Of a stretch of 35,372 bases of DNA, positions 27,001 through 34,558 are shown piece by piece. The notes under the pieces were generated by a model. It made no database searches. It was not told where the DNA came from and saw only the letters and a list, made by a program, of their open reading frames with translations. The stretch's first letter is position 1; each line of letters starts with the position of its first letter. Both the position numbers and the translations under genes were made by a program. The DNA is from Nitrospiraceae bacterium (GTDB lineage Bacteria; Hydrogenedentota; Hydrogenedentia; Hydrogenedentales; SLHB01): the NCBI GenBank assembly GCA_011682535.1, contig JAACEL010000002.1, forward strand, positions 1 through 35,372, read 5' to 3'.

Positions 27001-27935
27001 TACTCCACCGGTATCGGCCCCGTGTGTGGTCGCGGCGCGCGATCCTGCTGACGAGTCTGTTGGCGGCGGGCCTGTGGCTCAACCTGCAGTACTCGACGCA
27101 ACAGGTGATATCCCTGGCGGGATTGACCCTGGGCGGTGTGGTGCTCAATGGCCCCTTCTTTCTATTGGTCGTTGTGCCGGTGGTTGTGGTCCTGTTCGGG
27201 AATGTGTACTGCGGGTACGTGTGTCCCTTTGGCGCGCTGCAGGAGCTTGTGGGCGACCTGGCGCCCAAGCGTCTGCGCGGCGGTGTCGACAAGCAAGCTT
27301 GGCGCTACGGCCGGGCGGTGAAATATGGGCTGCTGTTCCTTGTGTTGGCCGCCTTCGCGCTCACGCGCGACTATGGCCGTCTCGAGGCCGACCCCCTGGT
27401 CAGTGTGTTCGGCATGGCTCGGGAGCGGCCCGTCGTCATCATCGTTGTGTTGAGCGTGGCGCTTTCGCTCTTCTACAAGCGCTTCTGGTGCCGGAATCTG
27501 TGCCCGGCGGGGGCGTTTCTCTCCTGGCTGAACGGCGCGCGGCTCCTGGGGCGCCTGATCCCCCGGCGTTACCCGGAGCGGTGCGACCTGGGCGTGCGGA
27601 GCAATGCCGAACTGGACTGCATCATGTGCGACCGCTGCGGCTGGACGCGCCCGGAGACCTCCCGAAGCAGGCGCGTGCTGATGGTCCATGGCGTGTGCGT
27701 GGCGGCGGCCGCGGCGATCTTCGCGGGCGCGATGTTCTCAGGAGAGCCCCCGGTCGAGGCGGGATCGGCCGTGCCCGGCATCGGCGAAGCCGATGTGCCC
27801 ACGGGGGCCGGTCAAGCGCGTGACGTGGACGCGGAACGTATCCGGACACTGATCGACCAAGGCCACCTGTCCGGCCGCGAGGCCGAGTACTATGGGCCGG
27901 TATCCGCCGACGGCCCGGCGCCGGACATGCCTTGA
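24060..27935 (+). CDS. Polytopic membrane protein: MFS-like TM / spermidine-synthase-like domain / TM / FMN-binding (flavinylation) domain / NosR-NapH-type 4Fe-4S domain
   Basis: QTLLFRDFFTVFEGSEL and VYISETLGA (membrane SpeE-fusion type); FDLIVLNLPD...NRYATVEFF; GYLGPI, ETPSY, DAVSGAT; YCGYVCPFGALQE, FWCRNLCPAGA, CIMCDRC. Start may be 24105. Confidence 0.8.
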   Translation: MIGGRGVSAERPAGRMIAVAGLGFFALVAQTLLFRDFFTVFEGSELGVGAFFGSWFIWVALGALAGRIPSRLHDAAAGHVRVLALLYIPAFVLQHSVVLHTRELAGVEAYELFPFAPMLIASFAVNAPTSFLTGSLFALACRWVAEQSKHAVSRVYISETLGACAGGVFVTVLLVWGLPGEAVFAAAAWALCAVLGVSAMLTGCRLRAGLAIMAVVGMLGAGLFCGGVGARWADYEQRAAWSRLLPAEQYGGSFSTAQSRYLYGWRENQLMVISGGGVSETFPGDDQAGAVVALHMAQRPEARNVLVFGENALGICAAFKMLPQIQHVTWLHPDRAYPRTLMEALADEGRSAAGPDEIPQKDIRTFARETQRRFDLIVLNLPDMTTLVLNRYATVEFFTLMASILETDGLVSVRVSGGENYVGGELALLGASMLDTLDAVFLKTILTPGEDTWFLAANGGGLMERPEWLARRYAGIEGASAVYPPEGVRGLYRPGRAAFQMDAYRAAMAETPRNLLRNTDRSPKALAYNLLLAVKQAEWRRLARSLPALWRVGPWLLAGPVLLYALLRLVFLLKTRWTTGDDGVTDLKFLVFTMGVASISLSIVLMFLYQVQFGTLFLHMGVITALFMAGSLVGAMGSARFLTRWPRGPLLVCLTGHLLLFGGVALLPGAASRGTYAGLFALCGAFTGVYFPIAAARLAAAGAPVRASGAGLEMLDHLGGAVGASLTGLVLLPMWGATAALGVLALLVGVNGPLLALSRTPKTRGDAFDRLVRPAAYATAGVAIYLLGVSAAVAHGEPATMGDPVVDAARTMAGATELESKEAVLPDGTAVVYFAVTESDDRAKGYVFPCDPWASKVYGYLGPIQLAAYTDAQGVLLDYAVLRSYETPSYLYHVESFHDRLMGASLFTAGPFDGVDAVSGATITDVAIRRTLTLAGQGFARDVLGVNGELEPAPAPSAADFFGSTGFRDFAVLAALTLAAILHRYRPRVWSRRAILLTSLLAAGLWLNLQYSTQQVISLAGLTLGGVVLNGPFFLLVVVPVVVVLFGNVYCGYVCPFGALQELVGDLAPKRLRGGVDKQAWRYGRAVKYGLLFLVLAAFALTRDYGRLEADPLVSVFGMARERPVVIIVVLSVALSLFYKRFWCRNLCPAGAFLSWLNGARLLGRLIPRRYPERCDLGVRSNAELDCIMCDRCGWTRPETSRSRRVLMVHGVCVAAAAAIFAGAMFSGEPPVEAGSAVPGIGEADVPTGAGQARDVDAERIRTLIDQGHLSGREAEYYGPVSADGPAPDMP

Positions 27936-27991
27936 TCCAGGCGCCTCCATCGGACTAGACTCTGGCCTTTACGAACCCCGTTGGAGAAACC

Positions 27992-29374
27992 ATGATCGAT
28001 CTGCTCAAGCACGGTGAGAAAATTCTGTCGACGGCGTTGGCCAACGGCGGAGGACTCGCGGAGATATTTCTAGAAGACACGTCGCGCACGTCGATTCGTT
28101 TCGAAGACGGCAAGGCGGAGCGTGTGGTCTCGGGGCGGGATCTCGGCGCGGGCATTCGCATTCTGACGGGCGACCGTACCCTGTTCGCCCACACCAATGA
28201 CGTGTCGCTGGCCGGATTGATCCAAGCCGCGAAGACGGTGGCCGGGGGCGCAAGCGAGGAACGCGGCACGTATTCCTTCGACTTCCAACCCGAGCGTTTT
28301 GAAATGCCGGTGGGCGTGGCGCCAGGAAGCGTGTCCACGCCTCAGAAGCTCGGCCTGATCACGGCGGCCGACAGCGCCGCGCGCGCGTTCGACGGACGCG
28401 TGGTGCAGGTCAAGGTCATGTATGGCGACTCCGTGCGCCGTGTCCTGATTGTCAACTCCGACGGACGTTTCGTGGAAGATGTCCGCCCGCAGATTATCCT
28501 GATGGTCGAGGCCGTGGCCGCCGATGGGAGCGTGATCCAGACCGGCCGTCGCCCGCTGGGGGGCGCTTTGGGTTTTGAACTGTTCGACGAGACCGATCCG
28601 CAGGACATTGCCGAGGCCGCGGCCAGGCAGGCGTGCCTCATGCTCGACGCGCAACCGGCGCCCACGGGACAGATGCCCGTCGTCATCGGCAGCGAAGCGG
28701 GCGGCACGATGATCCACGAAGCGGTCGGCCACGGACTTGAAGCGGATCACATCGACAAGGGCATGTCCAAGTACTGCGGGCGTCTCAACGAGATGATTGC
28801 CGTGCCCGAGGTTACCGTGGTCGACGACGCCACCCTGGCGCGCAAGCGCGGCACGTTCAACGTCGATGACGAAGGCACGCCTGCACAGCGGACGGTGCTG
28901 ATTGACCAGGGCCGCCTCGTGAGTTTCCTGCACGACCTCAAGTCGGCGCGCAAGATGGAGATCGCGCCCACGGGCAACGGCCGGCGGGCGTCCTACCAGG
29001 ACAAGCCGATCCCTCGCATGACGAACACGTTCATTGCGCCCGGCGATGCCGATCCCAAGGAAATACTCGCTTCGACGGACAAGGGGCTGTATGTGCGCAA
29101 GATGGGCGGTGGCCAAGTCGATCCGTTGAACGGCGATTTCGTGTTCGAGGTCAGCGAGGGCTACCTGATCGAGAACGGCGTGGCCGAAACGCCCGTGCGT
29201 GGCGCGACGCTCATCGGTAACGGCCCGGATGTGATTCAGAATATCGAGTTGGTGGGTAACGATCTCGGTTTCGACATAGGCACGTGCGGGAAGGGCGGCC
29301 AAGGCGCGCCCGTCAGCGACGCCCAGCCCACTATCCGCATCCGCGAACTAACCGTCGGCGGCACGGCACAATAA
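27992..29374 (+). CDS. tldD: TldD/PmbA family metalloprotease (catalytic TldD type)
   Basis: GAGIRI, HEAVGHGLEAD (HExxxH), DDEG, TGNGRR, PRMTNT, GGGQV, VRGATLIG, CGKGGQ..PVSDAQPT. Confidence 0.93.
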   Translation: MIDLLKHGEKILSTALANGGGLAEIFLEDTSRTSIRFEDGKAERVVSGRDLGAGIRILTGDRTLFAHTNDVSLAGLIQAAKTVAGGASEERGTYSFDFQPERFEMPVGVAPGSVSTPQKLGLITAADSAARAFDGRVVQVKVMYGDSVRRVLIVNSDGRFVEDVRPQIILMVEAVAADGSVIQTGRRPLGGALGFELFDETDPQDIAEAAARQACLMLDAQPAPTGQMPVVIGSEAGGTMIHEAVGHGLEADHIDKGMSKYCGRLNEMIAVPEVTVVDDATLARKRGTFNVDDEGTPAQRTVLIDQGRLVSFLHDLKSARKMEIAPTGNGRRASYQDKPIPRMTNTFIAPGDADPKEILASTDKGLYVRKMGGGQVDPLNGDFVFEVSEGYLIENGVAETPVRGATLIGNGPDVIQNIELVGNDLGFDIGTCGKGGQGAPVSDAQPTIRIRELTVGGTAQ

Positions 29375-29475
29375 CCTGCTACGAGAAGCCGGCCGTTCCG
29401 GCGAGCGTTCCGGTTTCAACAATCGTGCTTGTCCTGTTATCCTGCCGGAAAAGGACATGAGGAGGGCCCACCACC

Positions 29476-30444
29476 ATGCGCGTTTTCCTGATAGCGTCGT
29501 TGAGCATTGCTGCGCTGATGTCCGTTTCGTCGGCTGAGGAGGTGCAGAAGGAAGACGTTGCCTACGGCGGCTGGCCCCGCTGCATCCGGCTCTCGAACGG
29601 CACGATCGAACTGATCGCTACCACCGACGTCGGCCCGCGCATCATCCGGTTCGGATTCGTCGGCGGGCAGAATCTCTTCAAGGAATATACGGAGATGCTC
29701 GGTAAGACCGGCGGCGACGAATGGCGCATTTATGGCGGCCATCGTCTTTGGCATGCGCCCGAGGTCCAGCCGCGTACGTACTGGCCCGACAACTACCCGG
29801 TGGATGCGAAGTGGGACGGAAAGACGCTCACGCTCACCGCGCCTCCGGAAACGAGCAACGGCGTGGTCAAGGCGATCGAGGTCACCATGGATCCGAACAA
29901 GGCCGAGGTACGGGTGCTGCACCGGATCGAGAACGTGGGCGAGTGGGATATCGAGTTGGCGCCGTGGGCGTTGACGGTGATGGCGCAGGGCGGCGTCGCG
30001 ATCTATCCCCAGGAACCCGCCGGGGACCATAGCGCCAACCTGCTGCCGGCGCGCCCGATGGTGCTGTGGGCTTACACGGACATGGCCGACCCGCGATGGA
30101 CGTGGGGCACGAAGTACATACAACTTCGCCAGGATGCAACGGTCGAAGGGCCGCAGAAGTTCGGTGTGCTCAACAAATGCGGCTGGGTGGCCTATGCATT
30201 GAAGGGCGAGTTGTTCTTGAAGAAGTACGACGTCGATCCCGATGCCCGGTATCCGGACTACGGCTGCAACACGGAATCTTACACCAATGCCGATATGCTC
30301 GAGGTCGAGACGCTCGGCCCGCTGACGACACTCGCCGCCAACGGCGGTCAGACTAAACACACCGAGGTATGGTCGCTTCATCGCGTCGAGGTGGGGACGA
30401 GCGATGAGACGATCGACGCGGCGGTGTTGCCACTCGTTAAGTAG
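29476..30444 (+). CDS. Secreted DUF4380-like / galactose-mutarotase-like fold protein
   Basis: GAGGAGG RBS; signal peptide; DVGPRII, YGGHRLWHAPE, Y.PDN, YPDYGCNTESY, EVETLGPL, HTEVW. Confidence 0.7.
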   Translation: MRVFLIASLSIAALMSVSSAEEVQKEDVAYGGWPRCIRLSNGTIELIATTDVGPRIIRFGFVGGQNLFKEYTEMLGKTGGDEWRIYGGHRLWHAPEVQPRTYWPDNYPVDAKWDGKTLTLTAPPETSNGVVKAIEVTMDPNKAEVRVLHRIENVGEWDIELAPWALTVMAQGGVAIYPQEPAGDHSANLLPARPMVLWAYTDMADPRWTWGTKYIQLRQDATVEGPQKFGVLNKCGWVAYALKGELFLKKYDVDPDARYPDYGCNTESYTNADMLEVETLGPLTTLAANGGQTKHTEVWSLHRVEVGTSDETIDAAVLPLVK

Positions 30445-30470
30445 ACCAACGAAGAAAAGGAAAAGGACTT

Positions 30471-31541
30471 ATGTACAACGGACTGAATCTTAGCCTGGGT
30501 AACCTCTGCCTGCTGTCCGACGCGAAGACGCGCTCGATCTCGCCCGAGAATTTCACGGGTGAAAAGGGCAAGGGCGGCATGGCCACCGAAGGCACCGGCG
30601 CCAAGTGCGCGCGCGACCTTGGGCAAGGCTGGAAGATCTCGCCGAGCGTCGCCGTCAAGGCCGGCGAGGTCTTCGAACTGGCCGTCATCGAAGGCCCGGG
30701 GGCCATCCAGCAGATCTGGATGACGCCCACCGGCAACTGGCGCTTCAGCATCTTGCGCATCTACTGGGACGGCGAAGAAGAGCCGAGCGTGGAATGCCCT
30801 ATCGGCGATTTCTTCGGGATGGGGTGGGGACAGTACGCCCATCTGAACTCGCTGCCCGTCTGTGTCAACCCCGGCAGCGCGTTCAACTGCTATTGGGAGA
30901 TGCCGTTCCGCAAGCACTGCCGCATGACGTTCGAAAACGTGGCCGACGAAGACATGACGCTCTATTACCAGATCAACTATGCCCTTACGGAGGTGGCCCA
31001 AGACGCCGCCTACTTCCACGCGCAGTGGCGGCGCACCAATCCGCTCGAGTACCTGGACGTGTACACTATTGTCGACGGCATCCAGGGTAAGGGCCAGTAC
31101 GTAGGCACCTACATGGCGTGGCAGGTCAACAGCACTGGGTGGTGGGGCGAAGGCGAGATCAAGTTCTTCATGGACGGCGATGACGAGTATCCCACGATCT
31201 GCGGCACGGGTACGGAAGACTACTTCTGCGGCTCCTACAACTTCGACCGCAACGGCCAGTACACCGAGTTCTCGACGCCGTTCGCGGGGCTGCCGCAGGT
31301 CATCCGTCCCGACGGCACCTATCAATCGCAGCAGCGCTTCGGTCTCTACCGCTGGCACATCATGGACCCGGTCCGTTTCGAGAGCGACCTGAAAGTCACC
31401 ATGCAGGCGCTGGGCTGGCGTTCCTACGGCCGCTACCTGCCACTGAAGGACGACATCGCCTCGGTGGCCTACTGGTACCAGGCCGAGCCCCACGGCGCGT
31501 TCCCGAAACTGCCGGAGCGTGACCTCCTGGAGAACATCTAA
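30471..31541 (+). CDS. DUF2961 / glycoside hydrolase family 172 protein (paralog 1)
   Basis: RSISPENFTGEKGKGG, GPGAIQQIW, LRIYWD, PIGDFFG, FNCYWEMPF, YFHAQWRR, WWGEGE, GTGTEDYF, YRWHIMDP, DIASVAYWYQ. Confidence 0.93.
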   Translation: MYNGLNLSLGNLCLLSDAKTRSISPENFTGEKGKGGMATEGTGAKCARDLGQGWKISPSVAVKAGEVFELAVIEGPGAIQQIWMTPTGNWRFSILRIYWDGEEEPSVECPIGDFFGMGWGQYAHLNSLPVCVNPGSAFNCYWEMPFRKHCRMTFENVADEDMTLYYQINYALTEVAQDAAYFHAQWRRTNPLEYLDVYTIVDGIQGKGQYVGTYMAWQVNSTGWWGEGEIKFFMDGDDEYPTICGTGTEDYFCGSYNFDRNGQYTEFSTPFAGLPQVIRPDGTYQSQQRFGLYRWHIMDPVRFESDLKVTMQALGWRSYGRYLPLKDDIASVAYWYQAEPHGAFPKLPERDLLENI

Positions 31542-31544
31542 TGG

Positions 31545-31622
31545 CCCGAACGCCGGAGTCCCGCGGAGCGGGGACGTATTGCGGCGCGCCAGAAATGCCT
31601 GGTTACTGGTAACTTGCGCCAC
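31545..31622 (+). repeat. Dispersed intergenic repeat, copy 3 (with a mini-hairpin insertion)
   Basis: CCCGAACGCCGGA[GTCCCGCGGAGCGGGGAC]GTATTGCGGCGCGCCAGAAATGCCTGG...CTTGCGCCAC. Confidence 0.7.
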
Positions 31623-31648
31623 CAGGAAATTATGGGATGATTTGATCA

Positions 31649-32743
31649 ATGACTAATGGACTGAATATGGGACTCGGCAATCTTTCCCGCCTTTTCGGGG
31701 GGGTCACCCGCTCGCTGTCGGCCGAGAACATCAACGGAGAAAAAGGACGCGGCGGCATGGCCACCGAAGGACGCGGATCTTTCAACGCCCGCGGCCTCGG
31801 CGGGCGTCCGTGGAAAGTGTCCCCTGCCGTCGACATCGAAGCCGGCGACACCTACCTCATGGCCGATGTGGACGGCCCCGGCGCCATCCAGCAAGTCTGG
31901 ATCACGATCACGAAGGCTTGGCGTCACAGCGTTCTCAGAATCTACTGGGACGACGAAGACACGCCCAGCGTCGAAACGCCGATCGGTGATTTCTTCGGCA
32001 TGGGCTGGCAGGAATACGCCCATCTCAACTCCATTCCCGTGACGGTGAACCCCGGCAGCGCCTTCAACTGCAACTGGGTGATGCCGTTCCGCAAACACTG
32101 CAAGATGACCATCGAGAATCTCGGCGACGAGAAGATCACCCTCTTCTATCAGGTGAACTACGCCCTGGCCGAGATCCCCGATCGCGCCGCCTATTTCCAT
32201 GCCCAGTTTCGGCGCACCAACCCGTTGCCCTACAAACAGGACTACACCATCGTCGATGGTATCCAAGGCAAGGGACACTACGTCGGCACGTACATGGCGT
32301 GGCAGGCTAACAACAAGGGCTGGTGGGGCGAAGGCGAGATCAAGTTCTTCATGGACGGTGACCAGGAGTTTCCCACCATCTGCGGCACCGGTACGGAGGA
32401 CTACTTTTGCGGTTCGTATAACTTCGAGCCCAATTGGCAGGTGACGGGTTTCCTCGGGAATTACAAGGAGTTCTCGACGCCCTACGCCGGCCTGCATCAG
32501 GTCATCCGGCCCGACGGCACGTTCAACTCGCAACAGCGTTTCGGCATGTATCGCTGGCACGTCATGGATCCAATCCGTTTCGAGGAGGATCTGCGCGTCA
32601 CGATGCAGGCGTTGGGCTGGCGGTCCAACGGACGCTATCTGCCGTTGCAGGACGACATTGCCTCGGTGGCCTATTGGTATCAGGCCGAGCCGCACGCGCC
32701 GTTCCCCCAGTTTCTCCATCGCGACGACCTGGAAGTGATCTGA
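31649..32743 (+). CDS. DUF2961 / glycoside hydrolase family 172 protein (paralog 2)
   Basis: Same motif set as paralog 1, including WWGEGE and GTGTEDYF. Confidence 0.93.
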   Translation: MTNGLNMGLGNLSRLFGGVTRSLSAENINGEKGRGGMATEGRGSFNARGLGGRPWKVSPAVDIEAGDTYLMADVDGPGAIQQVWITITKAWRHSVLRIYWDDEDTPSVETPIGDFFGMGWQEYAHLNSIPVTVNPGSAFNCNWVMPFRKHCKMTIENLGDEKITLFYQVNYALAEIPDRAAYFHAQFRRTNPLPYKQDYTIVDGIQGKGHYVGTYMAWQANNKGWWGEGEIKFFMDGDQEFPTICGTGTEDYFCGSYNFEPNWQVTGFLGNYKEFSTPYAGLHQVIRPDGTFNSQQRFGMYRWHVMDPIRFEEDLRVTMQALGWRSNGRYLPLQDDIASVAYWYQAEPHAPFPQFLHRDDLEVI

Positions 32744-32744
32744 G

Positions 32745-33392
32745 ATGCCCCAACGCCCGCTCGTCGTATTCGACATCGATGGCACGCTGCTCGAGACGGA
32801 TCGCGTGACGGTGCCCGCTGTGCAGCGCACCTTCGCGGCCTACGGACTGCCCGAGCCCGATGCGGGGAAGATCTGCTCGTTCTTCGGCGCGCCAGTCAAG
32901 GACTACCTGGACTGGCTCGCCGAGCTATGCCCGGAGGGGAAGGTGGACGAGATCGTCGACAAGACCAACCGGCTCGAATTGGACCTGATCGCCGAAGAAG
33001 GCCGGCTGTATCCCGGTGTGGAGGCCATGCTGGCCGGTTTGCGCAGTGATGGCTACACGCTGGCCCTATGCTCCAACGGTCCTGAAGACTACGTGGCCGA
33101 GTTCGTGCGAGCGTATGAAATGGAGCGATTCGTGAGCGTCGTTCAGGCGCGTGGCGACCGGCCCGAGGGCAAGCGCGTGATGCTCGGCGAGATTCTTGAA
33201 GCGCTGCACGAGCGTCCGGTGGTTGTCGTCGGCGATCGTCACGACGACGTCGATGCGGCGCACGCGCATGGCGCCCTGGCGATTGGCGCACGCTATGGGT
33301 TCGGGGCGGACGAAGAACTGCGTGAGACCGATGCCCAGGTTGATGCGGCCGATGAAATCGGCATAGTGGTGGCGCGGTTGGTGAAGGGATAG
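32745..33392 (+). CDS. HAD family hydrolase (phosphoglycolate phosphatase-like)
   Basis: VFDIDGTLL, LYPGV, CSN, K, VGDRHDD, YGFG. Confidence 0.9.
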   Translation: MPQRPLVVFDIDGTLLETDRVTVPAVQRTFAAYGLPEPDAGKICSFFGAPVKDYLDWLAELCPEGKVDEIVDKTNRLELDLIAEEGRLYPGVEAMLAGLRSDGYTLALCSNGPEDYVAEFVRAYEMERFVSVVQARGDRPEGKRVMLGEILEALHERPVVVVGDRHDDVDAAHAHGALAIGARYGFGADEELRETDAQVDAADEIGIVVARLVKG

Positions 33393-33460
33393 CCCGCACG
33401 CCGGGTGGCGCATTGTGGCGCGCGCCACGGCGAAGCTGTTCGGCGATCCGGGAGAACAGC
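33393..33460 (+). repeat. Dispersed intergenic repeat, copy 4 (arms fused)
   Basis: CCCGCACGCCGGGTGGCGCATTGTGGCGCGCGCCAC with perfect 14-bp palindrome at 33415-33428, then hairpin GCTGTTC/GAACAGC. Confidence 0.75.
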
Positions 33461-33563
33461 GCACGGGTCGCGGGGAACGGCCCGGAAGTGCAGGCGGCCA
33501 AGGCAAGTGCCTGAGATGGCGTGAGATTCGCACGCGCAGCAGAAAGCCGGTGAGATATCCGGG

Positions 33564-34142
33564 CTAGCTGACTTCGACGCCTGCTTTGGCGAGGGCGCGG
33601 CGCAGGTCGTCCGGCGTGAAGGGCTTCTGCAGGCACATCATCGCGCCCAACTCCACGACACGCTGGGAGACGTCGCCATCGTAGTAACCCGTCATCGCGA
33701 TGATGCGGGTGCCGGTATGCTGCGGGTCGTTCTTGATGCGGCGGCAGACTTCAAATCCGTCGATGCCGGGCAGTCGCAGGTCGAGGAAGACGACGTCGGG
33801 ACGGAAGGTGGCCACCTGATGGCCTGCGTCGTACCCGTCCATGGCGACTTCGATCTCGAAGGGCGATTGCGAGCGTTCGAGGAAGCGGCGTACGACGGAG
33901 ATGACGGCCTTCTCGTCGTCGACGATGAGAATACGGACGCCGGAGTCGTCGAGGTCTTCGTGAACGGGAATGCTGTTCTCGCGCAGGAAGGCCAGCAAGT
34001 CTTCGCGCCGGATCCGGCGATGTCCGCCGGGGGTCTTGAAAACTCGGATACGTCCCGCCTCGGCCCACTTCCGAATGGTGTCGGCGGTTACGTGGCAATA
34101 TCTTGCGACTTCTGATGTGCTGAACGACTGTTTGGTTTCCAT
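33564..34142 (-). CDS. Response regulator with N-terminal excisionase/MerR-type HTH
   Basis: FSTSEVARYCHVTADTIRKW...KTPGGHRRI; ILIVDDE, DVVFLDLRLPGIDG, AMTG, LQKPF. Confidence 0.9.
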   Translation of the reverse strand: METKQSFSTSEVARYCHVTADTIRKWAEAGRIRVFKTPGGHRRIRREDLLAFLRENSIPVHEDLDDSGVRILIVDDEKAVISVVRRFLERSQSPFEIEVAMDGYDAGHQVATFRPDVVFLDLRLPGIDGFEVCRRIKNDPQHTGTRIIAMTGYYDGDVSQRVVELGAMMCLQKPFTPDDLRRALAKAGVEVS

Positions 34143-34271
34143 CGGAACCAGAACCCTAACCGAATTGTACGTGCGTAAGGTGGCTCGACATCTTCAGGAT
34201 GCAAGCCCTCCTTATCACACTCCCTGGAGGCCCTCCCGATCACGCCCGACGGTCGAGCGCGCCGCATCGCG

Positions 34272-34347
34272 TGGAGCTGGAGCGGGGATTCGAACCCCGG
34301 ACCCCGTCATTACGAGTGACGTGCTCTACCAACTGAGCTACTCCAGC
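34272..34347 (-). tRNA. tRNA-Thr(CGT)
   Basis: 76 nt GCTGGAGTAGCTCAGTTGGTAGAGCACGTCACT-CGT-AATGACGGGGTCCGGGGTTCGAATCCCCGCTCCAGCTCCA; cloverleaf with encoded CCA. Confidence 0.97.
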
Positions 34348-34355
34348 AAAAAGAG

Positions 34356-34431
<76 letters not shown>

Positions 34432-34441
34432 ACACGGCGAT

Positions 34442-34471
34442 AGACTACGAAACTCGTCCACAAGAAGTCAA
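34442..34471 (-). promoter_or_regulatory. Putative sigma70 promoter of the tRNA operon (TTGACT-18-TAGTCT)
   Basis: -35 at 34471-34466, -10 at 34447-34442, 10 nt before tRNA-Phe. Confidence 0.6.
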
Positions 34472-34558
34472 GGACTGGAACTTGCTCCGGCGTCGGCGTG
34501 GTCGCAATGGCCCGCTGCGGCGTGGTAAGATCCGAGTTTCTCGAATTGGAGTCGTACC

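Noticed and set aside
31140-32358. 38-nt identical stretch shared by the two GH172 genes as evidence of gene conversion
   Set aside because: It encodes the invariant WWGEGEIKFFMDG motif with few codon choices under strong GC bias, so conservation suffices.
33564-34347. Prophage or integrative element at tRNA-Thr (excisionase-like HTH next to a tRNA 3' end)
   Set aside because: The HTH is fused to a receiver domain. No integrase, no duplicated tRNA 3' end and no phage genes are seen in the window.
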